Of a stretch of 64,000 nucleotides of DNA, positions 31,017 through 40,761 are shown one piece after another; the first letter of the stretch is position 1, and every line of letters starts with the position of its first letter. The stretch is from an uncultured Candidatus Binatia bacterium (GTDB lineage: Bacteria; Desulfobacterota; Binatia; UBA9968; JAJDTQ01), in contig CBDBFB010000003.1 in assembly GCA_965204505.1 (NCBI GenBank), forward strand, positions 911,705-975,704, read 5' to 3'. Both the position numbers and the translations under genes were made by a program. The notes beneath the pieces were generated by a model, which searched no databases, was not told the origin of the DNA, and was given only the letters and a program-made list of their open reading frames with translations.

Positions 31017-32321
31017 TCACGAATCGTCCCGGTCCGGCCCCGGCTCCTTGTCCAGGTCGAACAGCACCCTGACGGTATCGTGGTAGGCCGCATCCTCCTC
31101 GGGCCGCTCCTTGAGCCGCGTGAGCGGTCCGTGGAGAATCTTGCTGATCATGGCCGAGGTAAGGTCCTCGATGGCCTTGCGCTCCCGCTCGGAAACGTCC
31201 TTGAGGTTGGAGTCCAGCGACTTCCTGAGCTCTCGCTCCCGGATCTCCTCGAACTTCCGCCTCAGCGCGATGATGGTGGGAACCTGATCGAGGGAAGTGA
31301 ACCACTGATAGAAGGTCTCCACTTCCCGGTCGACGATGAGCTCTCCCTTGTCCGCCTCGCTTTCCCGCCCGCGCAGGTTCTCCTTTGCCACGTCGGTGAG
31401 ATCGTCGATGTGGTAGAGGTACACGTTGTCCAGGTCATTGATGTGGGGGTCGAAGTTCCTGGGCACGCCGAGGTCGATGAGGAACATGTTCTCCTGCTTT
31501 CTCTCGCGCAGCACCTCGGCCGCGGTCTCGCGCGTGATGAGCGTTTCGTCGGACTCCACCGACCCGATGACGACGTCGGCCAGCTTGAGGTAGCGCGTGT
31601 AGTCCTCGAAACGGATGGGGCTCGCCTCGAAGCGGTCCGCTAGTTCCACCGCCTTCTCGAAGGTCCGGTTGGTGATCATCAGGCCGTGCACGCCGGTCTC
31701 CACCAGGTGCCGCACCAGCGACTCGCCCATGGCGCCGGAACCGATGACCATCACGGTCTTTTCCTCCAGCGTGTCGAAGATGCGCCGGGCCAGATCCACC
31801 GCCACCGAGCCCACCGATACCGGCCGGTTGGCGATGCCGGTCCCCTGCCGCACGCGCTTCGCCACCGAGAATGAACGATGGAAGAGACGGTGCAGGATGC
31901 TGCCGACGGTGCCGGCCTCCTGCGCGATGGAATAGTACTCCTTCAGTTGCCCGAGGATCTGGGGCTCCCCCACCACCATGGAGTCCAGGCTCGACGCCAC
32001 CCGGAAGACATGCCGCACCGCGCTCTTGCGGGCGTGATGGTAGAGCTGGTCTTCGGCGGGGTCGATGCGGACCCCGGGCTGGTTCCTGAGGAAGTCCCCG
32101 ATCTCGGCGAAACCGGCGCCGCCGTCCCGGGCCACGGCCACCACCTCCACCCGGTTGCAGGTGGACAGGATCACGCCCTCGTCCACCGAAGGCAGGGCCA
32201 CGAGGTCGTGGAGCGAGCCGTTGAGGCGTGTGGCGGGGAACGCGAGCTGCTCGCGGACTTCCACGGGAGCGGTCCGGTGGTTCAGGCCGACCACCACTAT
32301 CTGTCGTCCCGCCTCACTCAA
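31017..32321 (-). CDS. hemA: Glutamyl-tRNA reductase
   Basis: GLNHRTAPVEVRE, LSTCNRVE, SLDSMVVGEPQILGQ, IDLGVPRN. Confidence 0.97.
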   Translation of the reverse strand: MSEAGRQIVVVGLNHRTAPVEVREQLAFPATRLNGSLHDLVALPSVDEGVILSTCNRVEVVAVARDGGAGFAEIGDFLRNQPGVRIDPAEDQLYHHARKSAVRHVFRVASSLDSMVVGEPQILGQLKEYYSIAQEAGTVGSILHRLFHRSFSVAKRVRQGTGIANRPVSVGSVAVDLARRIFDTLEEKTVMVIGSGAMGESLVRHLVETGVHGLMITNRTFEKAVELADRFEASPIRFEDYTRYLKLADVVIGSVESDETLITRETAAEVLRERKQENMFLIDLGVPRNFDPHINDLDNVYLYHIDDLTDVAKENLRGRESEADKGELIVDREVETFYQWFTSLDQVPTIIALRRKFEEIRERELRKSLDSNLKDVSERERKAIEDLTSAMISKILHGPLTRLKERPEEDAAYHDTVRVLFDLDKEPGPDRDDS

Positions 32322-33135
32322 AGCGGCCTCCGTGGCGGCTCAGGAACAACGCGTCCCCCCAGAGAAAGTAGCCCAGGACGATCAGGAAACCCGCGATGGT
32401 CCACACCGCCGCCTTCCTGCCGCGCCAGCCGGCGGTCAGGCGGCCGTGGAGGAGGATGCCGTAAAGGAGCCACGTCAGGCCGGAGGTGATCTGCCGCGGG
32501 TCCCACGACCAGTAGGTGCCCCACTGCGCATGCGCCCACACGCTGCCGGTGAGGATGCCCAGGGTCATGAACGGAAAGCCCCACACCAGGAAGATCTTGT
32601 TGAGGCGGTCCAGCGTCTCCAGGGCGGGCACGGCGCGGCTCAGGCCGGTCATGCGCTTGTTCTTGAGCTGGCGCCGGAGCAGCAGGTAAACGACGCTCAC
32701 GGCGAACGCCAGGGCGAAGACCGCGTTGCCCAGCAACGCCAGGGTCACGTGCAGCGGCAGCCAGTAGGTCAGCAGAGCCGGCGGCGTCTCCAGCCCGGGA
32801 TCCCCCAGGGCGATGGAGCGCAGCGACATCAGGAAGGCCAGCGGCGCGACAAAGCCGCCCAGGATGGGAAGCCGGTACCGGAGCTGCACCGTCAGGTACA
32901 CGCCCACCATCAGCCACCCGTAGAAGGACAGCGTGGCATGGGTCTGGGCCAGCGCGGGGAAGCCGGCCTCATGGAAGAGGAGCGTAAACTTGGCCGCGTG
33001 GCCTATGAAACCGGCCAGCAGCAGGCCCTGCCCCGCGCGGGAGAAGGATTCCCGCGGGGAGAACAGGTACAGGATGAAGGCGCCCGTCGCCAGAAGGTAG
33101 AATGCCGCCGTGGCCTGGAGAAGGCTCTGGTACAT
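32314..33135 (-). CDS. ccsA: Cytochrome c biogenesis protein CcsA-like
   Basis: WLPLHV, Trp-rich WAHAQWGTYWSWDPR motif, C-terminal His. Confidence 0.88.
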   Translation of the reverse strand: MYQSLLQATAAFYLLATGAFILYLFSPRESFSRAGQGLLLAGFIGHAAKFTLLFHEAGFPALAQTHATLSFYGWLMVGVYLTVQLRYRLPILGGFVAPLAFLMSLRSIALGDPGLETPPALLTYWLPLHVTLALLGNAVFALAFAVSVVYLLLRRQLKNKRMTGLSRAVPALETLDRLNKIFLVWGFPFMTLGILTGSVWAHAQWGTYWSWDPRQITSGLTWLLYGILLHGRLTAGWRGRKAAVWTIAGFLIVLGYFLWGDALFLSRHGGRFE

Positions 33136-33179
33136 ATGCTGCGGCCATTATATCGCATCGGCCGCATATGCCCTAGTCA

Positions 33180-33245
33180 CCCCTTCTCTCCCGCAGGGAG
33201 AGCGAACGACCCCCTCTCCCTCTGGGAGAGGGTTGGGGTGAGGGC
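33180..33245. repeat. BoxC-like purine/pyrimidine-skewed palindromic repeat
   Basis: CTCTCCCGCAGGGAGAG followed by CCCTCTCCCTCTGGGAGAGGGTTGGGGTGAGGG. Confidence 0.7.
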
Positions 33246-33247
33246 AG

Positions 33248-34882
33248 CTAGGATCGCGTCCCGGGTATGCGGAGACGCTGGCCGGCGCGGATCCGGTGCC
33301 TGTTGCGGATCGCGTTGGCGCGCTGAATGGCGGCCGGCGACACGCCGTAGCGGTCGGCGATGGCGGAAAGCGTCTCGCCCCGCCGCACGAGGTGGTAGAG
33401 CCGCCGCTTCTTCACCACCCTTTTCTTCGCCCGACTCGCGAACGACTTGTCCGGGATCTCGAGCCGCTGGCCTACCTGCAGGCTCCGGACGCTGGCGAGG
33501 CCGTTCACGGATTGAATGACGCGCACCGATGTACCGTAGATCTGGGCGATGTCCCAAAGCGTGTCGCCCCGACTGACCACGTGGTACGAGTCGTTCCCCT
33601 GACGCGGACGCTCCACCACCCTGGCCGGCTGCCGCCTGACCGGCGGCGGCGCGCCCGCCTTGACTGACGACTTGCCGGGGATCTCGAGTCGCTGGCCTAC
33701 GAGCAATCGATGGGCGCTCCTCAAGCCGTTGACGGACTGTATGGCGTGCGTCGAGGTGCCGTAGATCTTGGCAAGCTCGGAGAGCGTATCGCCGCGGCTG
33801 ACCACGTGGTAGGGGAACGTCGGCATCGGACCCATGTTGGACAATGCGGTGCGGAACCGATGGCCCTCCTTCTTGGGCGCCTTGAGCCGATATCCCTTGG
33901 GCAACCACGACGCTCGGCGGCTCAGGGCGGGATTCCACTTGAGGAGCTGGGCACGGGAGACGCGACTGTGACGAAGCAGCGCGGACACCGCAACCCGCCG
34001 GTGGAGGCTGATCTCGTCGAAGTGCACCAGTTGATCGAAGCGGACGTGGGGCAGGTGCCGCTCGACCTCGCGCATGATGTGCACCGCCGCCAGAAACTCC
34101 GCGTAGAAGTTCTTGGACGCGAACTTGAAAGTACGCCCGCGATAACGCCGGATGATGGTGACGATGTCCCGGGTGCCCACTCTGCGCACCGCCCGCTTCA
34201 TGCCGGCGCGCCCGTGGTTGTATGCCGTAACCGCCAACGGCCAGGTCTTGAGCTCCCGGTAGTTCTCCTGCAGCAGACGGGCGGCCGCCCGGGTTGCCTC
34301 CAGGGGATCCCTGCGCTCGTCCACGAGCCGCGTCACGCGCATGTATCGACGTCCGGTTCGGGGCATGAACTGCCACATGCCCACGGCGCCCCGGAACGAG
34401 CGCGCGTCATTTCTGAAAGAGGATTCCACCAGCGGCAGGTAGACAAGCTCCAAGGGGAGTTGGCGGGCGGCAAAGATCTTGCGCATGTGTTCCATGTAAC
34501 GCCCGGATCGCCGCACCCCGGCCGTGAAACGCTCGCTGATCCCCCGCTGTACCTTGATCCGGTGCGACGGGATGCCACGCCGCACGAGTTGCGCGCGCAC
34601 GGAACGGACCACCCGCCGTGTACGCGCCCGCGAGCCCTCCTTGACCTTCACCACCCGGTGTATCTTCGACATGTCCTTGGGGTCGAAGAACACCAGCTCG
34701 TCGGAGTCGTAGTCGAGAAAGATCGCCTTCCAGAATTCGACGGCGGGCTCGAGCCCCTTGGGTATGGCGAACGGGTCCTTTGCCGCCGAAACGGCGCCGC
34801 GCGCCAGCGCTGACGGGGCGTACGGCAGACCGGTGAAAAGGAGAAAAAGAAGACTGGCGAGGACGACGAAGCAGCGTGTCAC
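33248..34882 (-). CDS. MltD-like lytic murein transglycosylase with multiple LysM domains
   Basis: LPLVESSF, AVGMWQFM, AVTAYNHG SLT motifs; three clear LysM repeats (VSRGDTL x2, VRRGETL); GTG 34882 with AAGGAG RBS. Confidence 0.9.
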   Translation of the reverse strand: MTRCFVVLASLLFLLFTGLPYAPSALARGAVSAAKDPFAIPKGLEPAVEFWKAIFLDYDSDELVFFDPKDMSKIHRVVKVKEGSRARTRRVVRSVRAQLVRRGIPSHRIKVQRGISERFTAGVRRSGRYMEHMRKIFAARQLPLELVYLPLVESSFRNDARSFRGAVGMWQFMPRTGRRYMRVTRLVDERRDPLEATRAAARLLQENYRELKTWPLAVTAYNHGRAGMKRAVRRVGTRDIVTIIRRYRGRTFKFASKNFYAEFLAAVHIMREVERHLPHVRFDQLVHFDEISLHRRVAVSALLRHSRVSRAQLLKWNPALSRRASWLPKGYRLKAPKKEGHRFRTALSNMGPMPTFPYHVVSRGDTLSELAKIYGTSTHAIQSVNGLRSAHRLLVGQRLEIPGKSSVKAGAPPPVRRQPARVVERPRQGNDSYHVVSRGDTLWDIAQIYGTSVRVIQSVNGLASVRSLQVGQRLEIPDKSFASRAKKRVVKKRRLYHLVRRGETLSAIADRYGVSPAAIQRANAIRNRHRIRAGQRLRIPGTRS

Positions 34883-34909
34883 GCAGAACTCCTTTAAAAG
34901 CATCGGCTT

Positions 34910-34938
34910 AGGGTACCCGCAGTAAACCTTTTTGTCAA
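34910..34938 (-). promoter_or_regulatory. Putative sigma70 promoter of the transglycosylase gene
   Basis: Minus strand TTGACA-N17-TACCCT. Confidence 0.6.
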
Positions 34939-34977
34939 CTTTGCCGTGCACCTTGCGGAAAAGGGGCTTCACAAGGC

Positions 34978-36072
34978 TTATTCGCCATAGAAGCTGCGCG
35001 CGTTTTCCTCCAGAATACGGGCCTTCGCGGACTCCGAAAGGTCGCCCCGCTCCCGCAGCAGGCTTACCGTGCCCTCGGTCCGGTCTCCGTGGGGGTAGTC
35101 CGAGGAATAGAGCAGTTTGTCCTCGCCGATTTCCTCGACGACCCTGCCCAGTCCGGGCTCGTTTCCCTCGCACCCGAAGAAGATCCGGCCCGAGTCCAGC
35201 AACTCCCGCGGCCGTTGCGAGATCACCTCGGCGGCGCGATAGGAAGGGCTCTCGTAGTGCTCATCCATTCGCTCCACGTACGACGCCACCCAGTTGCAAC
35301 CCCCTTCCAGAAAGGCGAAGCGGAGGCGCGGATAGCGTTCCATCAGTCCCGTGCACAGCACGCTGGTCAATCCGGCCATGATCGGGAACAGGCCCGCGAG
35401 CACGCGGGTGGGAAAGAAATGGGCGAACAGGTCGCTCACGCCCGGAAACTCGTAGCTGAAGTGGACGGCGACGGGCAATGCCGCGGCGTCGGCCGCGGCG
35501 AAGAAGACCTCGTGCTCGGGATCGGCCAGCGCCCGCGGGCCTACCGTGCCGTTCACCATCACGGCGGACAACCCGAGCTCCCGCATGCGCGCGACTTCCC
35601 GGGCCGCTCCGGCCGGGTCGGCCAGACACACGAGCCCGACACCCTTCAGCCGTTCCGGGGCCTCCCCGCACACCTCCGCCAGCCACGTGTTGTACGCGCG
35701 GCACACCGCGTTGCCCAACACGCCGTCGGTCCAGGAATTGATGTGCAGGAGATAGCTCGGATAGAGGTACTGGACGTCGATGTGTTCCTTGTCCAGGTCG
35801 GTGAGCCGTTCCGCTACGTGGGAGAGCACCTGGCTGCCCACGGACGCGCGGCGGCTCATCCCGACCTTTCCACCCGGAGGGGCGGCCGTGCCGGGGTTTC
35901 GTGCCCCGGGTTGTCCGGGACGGCGATAGCGGGTCGAGCCGTCGGCGACCCAGAAGCTGTGGCCCTCGTCGTCGGTGAGGAGCCGCGGCCGGTACGCGCG
36001 AAACCCGGGGTCCATGTATTTCTCGAATACGGCCTCGGTCTCGAACAGGTGGCCGTCTGCGTCAATCACCAT
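34978..36072 (-). CDS. Amidohydrolase_2 family protein
   Basis: IDADGH, RAYNTWL, VAVH, FLEGGC, YSSDYPH, EENAR. Confidence 0.87.
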   Translation of the reverse strand: MVIDADGHLFETEAVFEKYMDPGFRAYRPRLLTDDEGHSFWVADGSTRYRRPGQPGARNPGTAAPPGGKVGMSRRASVGSQVLSHVAERLTDLDKEHIDVQYLYPSYLLHINSWTDGVLGNAVCRAYNTWLAEVCGEAPERLKGVGLVCLADPAGAAREVARMRELGLSAVMVNGTVGPRALADPEHEVFFAAADAAALPVAVHFSYEFPGVSDLFAHFFPTRVLAGLFPIMAGLTSVLCTGLMERYPRLRFAFLEGGCNWVASYVERMDEHYESPSYRAAEVISQRPRELLDSGRIFFGCEGNEPGLGRVVEEIGEDKLLYSSDYPHGDRTEGTVSLLRERGDLSESAKARILEENARSFYGE

Positions 36073-36152
36073 GATTGGCAATGGATTCGGGCGGGAAACG
36101 CGACGCGGAGCGGGGAGTCGTCCAACGCCCCGCCCCACTCCAAAGATTCGCG

Positions 36153-36788
36153 CTATTCGAACTCGAAGGGTATCTGTGTCGGCCCGTAGCCCTGCCAGTA
36201 CTTGCAGGTCTCCGGGTCGTAGCGGCCCTGCAGGAAGCTGCCCGGCTTTTCCGCGCGTACGATGATGGCGACGGTGCGATCCTCGCCGCTCTGCTCGGCA
36301 TGGATCTGCCACGGGCGCACGAGATCGATCTTGCCCGGTCCCACTTCGGCGTTCTCGGTCTTCCGGACTTCCGCGTAGTCCGGCTTGGAACCGTCGTCCA
36401 GCCGCTCGTAGCGCTCGATGGTCTCGCGACCGTCCAGAACCCCGTACAGCGTCCAGTTGTGCGCGTGGTCGTGGATGCTGGTGCGGGTTCCCGGCGCCTT
36501 GACGAGCCCGTTGATGACGAATCCGTGGTCCGGATCCTCGTAGAGGAGGAGGTTCTGGGCCCGCTGGGCGCCAGCGGGCGGGGTCAGCCCGCCCTGATCG
36601 CAATCGGGCCACTGCTCGGACTGCGCCTTGACGCTGGGATCCGCCAGCAGCTCGCTGAGAAGGGACCCCATCTTCTCCCACCGTCTGTCGACGTCAGGTT
36701 CGTCCGTATGGAGCTGCCGGATGTCCGCGATGAACCGCTTGGCGGCCGAGGTTTCCGTTTCCTGCGTCGGCATGGGACGTGCGCTCAT
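36153..36788 (-). CDS. Cysteine/thiol dioxygenase-like cupin
   Basis: TSIHDHAHNWTLYGVLDG and IHAE 3-His pattern; GGAGGAG RBS. Confidence 0.72.
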   Translation of the reverse strand: MSARPMPTQETETSAAKRFIADIRQLHTDEPDVDRRWEKMGSLLSELLADPSVKAQSEQWPDCDQGGLTPPAGAQRAQNLLLYEDPDHGFVINGLVKAPGTRTSIHDHAHNWTLYGVLDGRETIERYERLDDGSKPDYAEVRKTENAEVGPGKIDLVRPWQIHAEQSGEDRTVAIIVRAEKPGSFLQGRYDPETCKYWQGYGPTQIPFEFE

Positions 36789-36832
36789 GGGTATCTCCTC
36801 CCTTTGGCTGTGACCGGTGGCCCAATCGGTCG

Positions 36833-36862
36833 AAAGTATCCGAGGACCGGACGCGGTGTCAA
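36833..36862 (-). promoter_or_regulatory. Putative sigma70 promoter of the cupin gene
   Basis: Minus strand TTGACA-N18-TACTTT; the -35 overlaps the upstream gene's stop codon. Confidence 0.5.
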
Positions 36863-37785
36863 CCGGATACGACGCCCTTGACGAGTTGCACCCGGCTGGT
36901 GTCGCGTAGCTCGTCGAACCGCTCCTTCTCCACCTCGAAGTAGTGGGGTTGCGCGGAGCTCTTGAGGATATAGTGGTCGCCCTCTTTCGGGGATACGACC
37001 GTATGCGTGACGGCGGATCCCGTCTTCGTCTCGATGACGTACTCGAGGATGGGCCGTCCGGCGTCGAAACGCGCCTTGCCCTCCTTCGAAAGCACCTCGC
37101 TGAAACCGACCCCGGCCACGCGCTCCACGAGCTCCTTCACCGGCCCGGCGTCGGTTTCCTCGTTCTCCCGCAGCCCTTCGACCTGAAACCCGCCGTCCCC
37201 GGCCTTCAACGCGTAGACCCCCAGATCGATGCGGGCGATGTCCTCCACCGCCGTCTTCAGGACCTCCGTGTCGTACCACGAGCCCGCGTCCGGTGGAGCG
37301 TCGAAGGCGTTGAACTCGATGGCATGGGTGTGCTCGTCGCCGTCGAGACGCGCGTGCACCTTGCGGAATCCCGGCGACGAGCCGAGGAAGACGTCGCCCA
37401 GGACTTCCGTCCCCTTGAGGAACCGCACCCGCCGCTCGAAGTCCTCCTCGGTCACCCGCAACTGTCTGGCCGCCACCAGGGTCCTTCCCACCGGCCAGGA
37501 CCGCCTGGCCTTGAGCAGCTTTTCGGTGAACTCATCGAACTTCGCCGACGCCACCGGAAAGTCGCCCTTCCCGGAAAGAACCCAGCCGGCGTCCTTGCGC
37601 GCCAGACGCAACGGCGCGTCCCCTTTTCGCTCGATGGTCACGGCGTCGGCGCTCTCCAGGTCCAGGGCCAGCAACGGCGCATCCGCCTCGACAGCTCCCG
37701 GTTCATCTCCCTGGAAGTTGACCCAGGCCACCAGACCCGCCTGCAGCACCAACAACAGCAACAAGAACTTGGCCGATCGGCTCAC
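36859..37785 (-). CDS. DUF4340 domain periplasmic protein
   Basis: N-terminal membrane anchor, FLGSSPGFRKVHAR; typical last gene of Gld-like ABC operons; start uncertain. Confidence 0.75.
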   Translation of the reverse strand: MSRSAKFLLLLLVLQAGLVAWVNFQGDEPGAVEADAPLLALDLESADAVTIERKGDAPLRLARKDAGWVLSGKGDFPVASAKFDEFTEKLLKARRSWPVGRTLVAARQLRVTEEDFERRVRFLKGTEVLGDVFLGSSPGFRKVHARLDGDEHTHAIEFNAFDAPPDAGSWYDTEVLKTAVEDIARIDLGVYALKAGDGGFQVEGLRENEETDAGPVKELVERVAGVGFSEVLSKEGKARFDAGRPILEYVIETKTGSAVTHTVVSPKEGDHYILKSSAQPHYFEVEKERFDELRDTSRVQLVKGVVSG

Positions 37786-37857
37786 GCGTAAAACCTTTCC
37801 CCTCCGGAAGCCCTTCCCGCTTCCGGCCGCCCGCTCCAAGTGAGAGAGCCCAAGTCG

Positions 37858-40761
37858 TCAGGCCGCCAGCATCGTGTGGTAGCGGTCCCGCAGGCGACGC
37901 AGATGATAACGATGGGCGCCGTAGATCAGCGCCAGGCCCACCAGGACGATGCCGTAGTTCAGGTACTCCCAGAAAGCCTTCTGCTCGCGGGTCATGGGCA
38001 CCAGCGTCCGGGCGAAGTGGGCGCGGCTCCGAATGGACAGCAGCGCGCGGTCCTCCAGGGCCCAGTCCACCACGTTCTCCAGGAACTGCAGCGAGTTGAC
38101 GAACCGGTCGTTGTTGGCGGCGCGGGAGAGCTGAAGCGTCTGGTCGGTGAACGCTTCGTTGGAGCCGACGAGAATGATCCGGGCGGACTCCGGCGACTTC
38201 TCGATCATGCCGGCCACCACCGGCTCCTCATCCTCTCCCGTCTTCTCCGCCGCCTCGCCGTCCTGCGGCGGCGCCGGTTTCTCTTCGCTGCCGTCCTTGG
38301 CCAGCAACGGCGAGTCCTTGCCCGCGTAGTAGGAACGGAAGGTCCCCTCCACCACCGCCCCCAGCACGTGCCCCTTGGCCGGGCCCTCTTTCTCGAAGCC
38401 CAGCTTGGGGTGGACCTTGAAGTCGGGATGAACCTTGAGGGAGCTCGATAACCACGACGCCTCGGAACTCGTGAGCAGCGGCGTGGCGCGGGTGCCTCCG
38501 GCTTCGTCGTCCGGAAGCGTCAGCGGTGAAGCCCAGCTCAGGGTCAACTGGGGCAGCCTGGCGGTCATGGGATTGGCCTGATTGAGGCCCTCGCCCCTGA
38601 TGTCGACGAAGTAGGGATAGGGCACGAGCTGCAGCTCGCGCACGGTGAAGGCGCCGGCCTTCCGGTTCACGAACACCGGGAAAGGCTCGTTCCGGGGATC
38701 GAGCACCAGCGTCTTCCGCACCCTGAACCCGTAGTGCTCCAGCAACGGCTCCAGACCGGACGTATACCGGGCGGCGGCCAGGCCCGCGGGGGTGCGCGAC
38801 ACGGTATAGGGCGACGTCAGCAAGGCCACCGAGCCGCCCTTCATGAGGAATTGATCCACGGCGAAGCGCTGCTTCGGCGTCAGCTCCTTGGGAGCCGCCA
38901 GCAACAGCAGATCCACGTTTTCCGGCACCAGCCCGGACTTGAGGTCCACCTCCGCGATGCGATAGTTCCCCCTCAGCCTCTGCAGTACGAACCGGAACAG
39001 CCGGGGCGGCGGCTGGAAACGCGCTCCCTGCTGCCGCGGCTCCGGCGGCGGGGTGTGGAAACCGACGGTCTTGATGAACCCCGGGGCGAACCGGCGCAGC
39101 GCCGACTCCACGCTCCGCCTGGCGGCCTCCTGGTTCAGCTTTCCGGGCAGGGGCACCTGCACTGTGCTGCCGTTGTTCTTCATGACCATGTAGAAATAGA
39201 ACCGTTTCGGATCGAAGGGGCCCGCCGCCATGGGGCGGAAGCCGTACTGGTCGGCGAGCTGCTTGGCCACCGCGGCGCCCTTGGCCTCGGGATCGATGAT
39301 CTCGTACCTGAACTTTCCCTCCGACTCCTCGCGGAGCTCCCCCAGCGAGGTCACCAACTGACGTCTGAAGGGCGCGATGGACTTCGGCAGCTTTTCTTCC
39401 GGCGAGATGTAACCGCGGAACTCCACGGGTTGATCGATGCCGGCGAACAGCGCGCCGATGTCCTGGAACCCGTACAGCACCTTCTTGATGCCCCGGGCGA
39501 GGTCGTACTCGAGGTTCCGCAGGCGGATGTCGGTTCCCGTTCGGCCGCGCTTGATCTCGATCAGGTCCGTGAACCGCAGCACCTCGTGCTTGTCGCCGTA
39601 CTGGAGCAGCAAGTCGAAGTACGAGTTCACCAGCGAGGTCTGGTAGCGGTCTTCCGTCCGGAACGGGATCGGCCGGATGCCGTAACGCTGGTTGGCTTCC
39701 TCCTCGAGATCGGGCTCCTCCCGGGGATCCACGAACTCGGCGCGCACCCGGCCGCCGCTGATGGACTCGATCTCACGAATGGTGTCGCGGATCCGGGGCA
39801 CCAGCGGCGCCAGCACCGGGTGGGTGCGGGCGCTGAAGTAACCTCGGATGAGCAACGGCTCCCGCAACTGGGCGACGAGGTCCCGGGTCGCCTGGGAAAT
39901 GGTGTAGTCCCTTCCCTCGGTAAGGTCCGCGCGCACGTCGAGTCCGCGGTGGAGCCAGAAGTTGGCCAGGACGAAGTTGAACACCACCAGCGCGGTCACG
40001 GCCCGCCACGCGCGGTGGCGCTGCTTCTGCCCCTCCCGGGACCAGCGCAGCCGTTCGAGGGAGTAGACGTTCAAGGCCAGAAAGACGCCGACGACGCTGA
40101 CGTAGTAGTAGATGTCCCGGAGGTCCAGGACGCCCCGGGTAATGGACTCGAAGCGGACGCCGGTGGCCGCCAGCCCCAGGTATTCGGCCCACTGGACGCC
40201 CACCAGGAAGCCGAACGTCAGGGACCCCAGCAGGTAGAACACGAAGCCGATGACGGTGGTGAGGATGAGGCTCGCGATCTGGCTCTCGTTCCGCGCGCTG
40301 ATGTAGAGGCCGATGGAGCAGTAGGCCGCCGCCAGCAGCAGCGACGCCGTGTAGGCCCCCACGACCGGGCCCCAGTCGAGGCCGCCCATGAAAGAGACGG
40401 TCACCGGGACTCCCAGCGTCAGCAGCAGCGCCACCGCCACCAGGCCCAGACACGCCAGGAACTTGCCGAGCACGAGATGGAGCGTCCTGACCGGCATGGT
40501 GAAGAGGAACTCGAGGGTTTCCATGCGCCGTTCTTCGCTCCACATCCTCATGGTCAGGGCCGCGCTCAAAAAGATGAGCAGGATCGGCATCCACTCGAAC
40601 AACGGCCTCACGTCGACGATGTTGCGCGCGAAGAACTGCTCGACCCAGAAGAAGATGAACAGGCAGACGGCCGAGAACGTCCCCAGGAAGATGAACGCCA
40701 CCGGCGACGAGAAGTAGGTGGAGAACTCCTTCTTCGTGATGCTCCAGATGCTACCCGTCAT
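37858..40761 (-). CDS. Fused ABC-2 permease / GldG-family auxiliary component
   Basis: KEFSTYFSSPVAF, TMRMWSEERR, RGVLDLRDIYYY then DLTEGRDYTIS, DQFLMKGG, LENVVDW. Confidence 0.88.
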   Translation of the reverse strand: MTGSIWSITKKEFSTYFSSPVAFIFLGTFSAVCLFIFFWVEQFFARNIVDVRPLFEWMPILLIFLSAALTMRMWSEERRMETLEFLFTMPVRTLHLVLGKFLACLGLVAVALLLTLGVPVTVSFMGGLDWGPVVGAYTASLLLAAAYCSIGLYISARNESQIASLILTTVIGFVFYLLGSLTFGFLVGVQWAEYLGLAATGVRFESITRGVLDLRDIYYYVSVVGVFLALNVYSLERLRWSREGQKQRHRAWRAVTALVVFNFVLANFWLHRGLDVRADLTEGRDYTISQATRDLVAQLREPLLIRGYFSARTHPVLAPLVPRIRDTIREIESISGGRVRAEFVDPREEPDLEEEANQRYGIRPIPFRTEDRYQTSLVNSYFDLLLQYGDKHEVLRFTDLIEIKRGRTGTDIRLRNLEYDLARGIKKVLYGFQDIGALFAGIDQPVEFRGYISPEEKLPKSIAPFRRQLVTSLGELREESEGKFRYEIIDPEAKGAAVAKQLADQYGFRPMAAGPFDPKRFYFYMVMKNNGSTVQVPLPGKLNQEAARRSVESALRRFAPGFIKTVGFHTPPPEPRQQGARFQPPPRLFRFVLQRLRGNYRIAEVDLKSGLVPENVDLLLLAAPKELTPKQRFAVDQFLMKGGSVALLTSPYTVSRTPAGLAAARYTSGLEPLLEHYGFRVRKTLVLDPRNEPFPVFVNRKAGAFTVRELQLVPYPYFVDIRGEGLNQANPMTARLPQLTLSWASPLTLPDDEAGGTRATPLLTSSEASWLSSSLKVHPDFKVHPKLGFEKEGPAKGHVLGAVVEGTFRSYYAGKDSPLLAKDGSEEKPAPPQDGEAAEKTGEDEEPVVAGMIEKSPESARIILVGSNEAFTDQTLQLSRAANNDRFVNSLQFLENVVDWALEDRALLSIRSRAHFARTLVPMTREQKAFWEYLNYGIVLVGLALIYGAHRYHLRRLRDRYHTMLAA

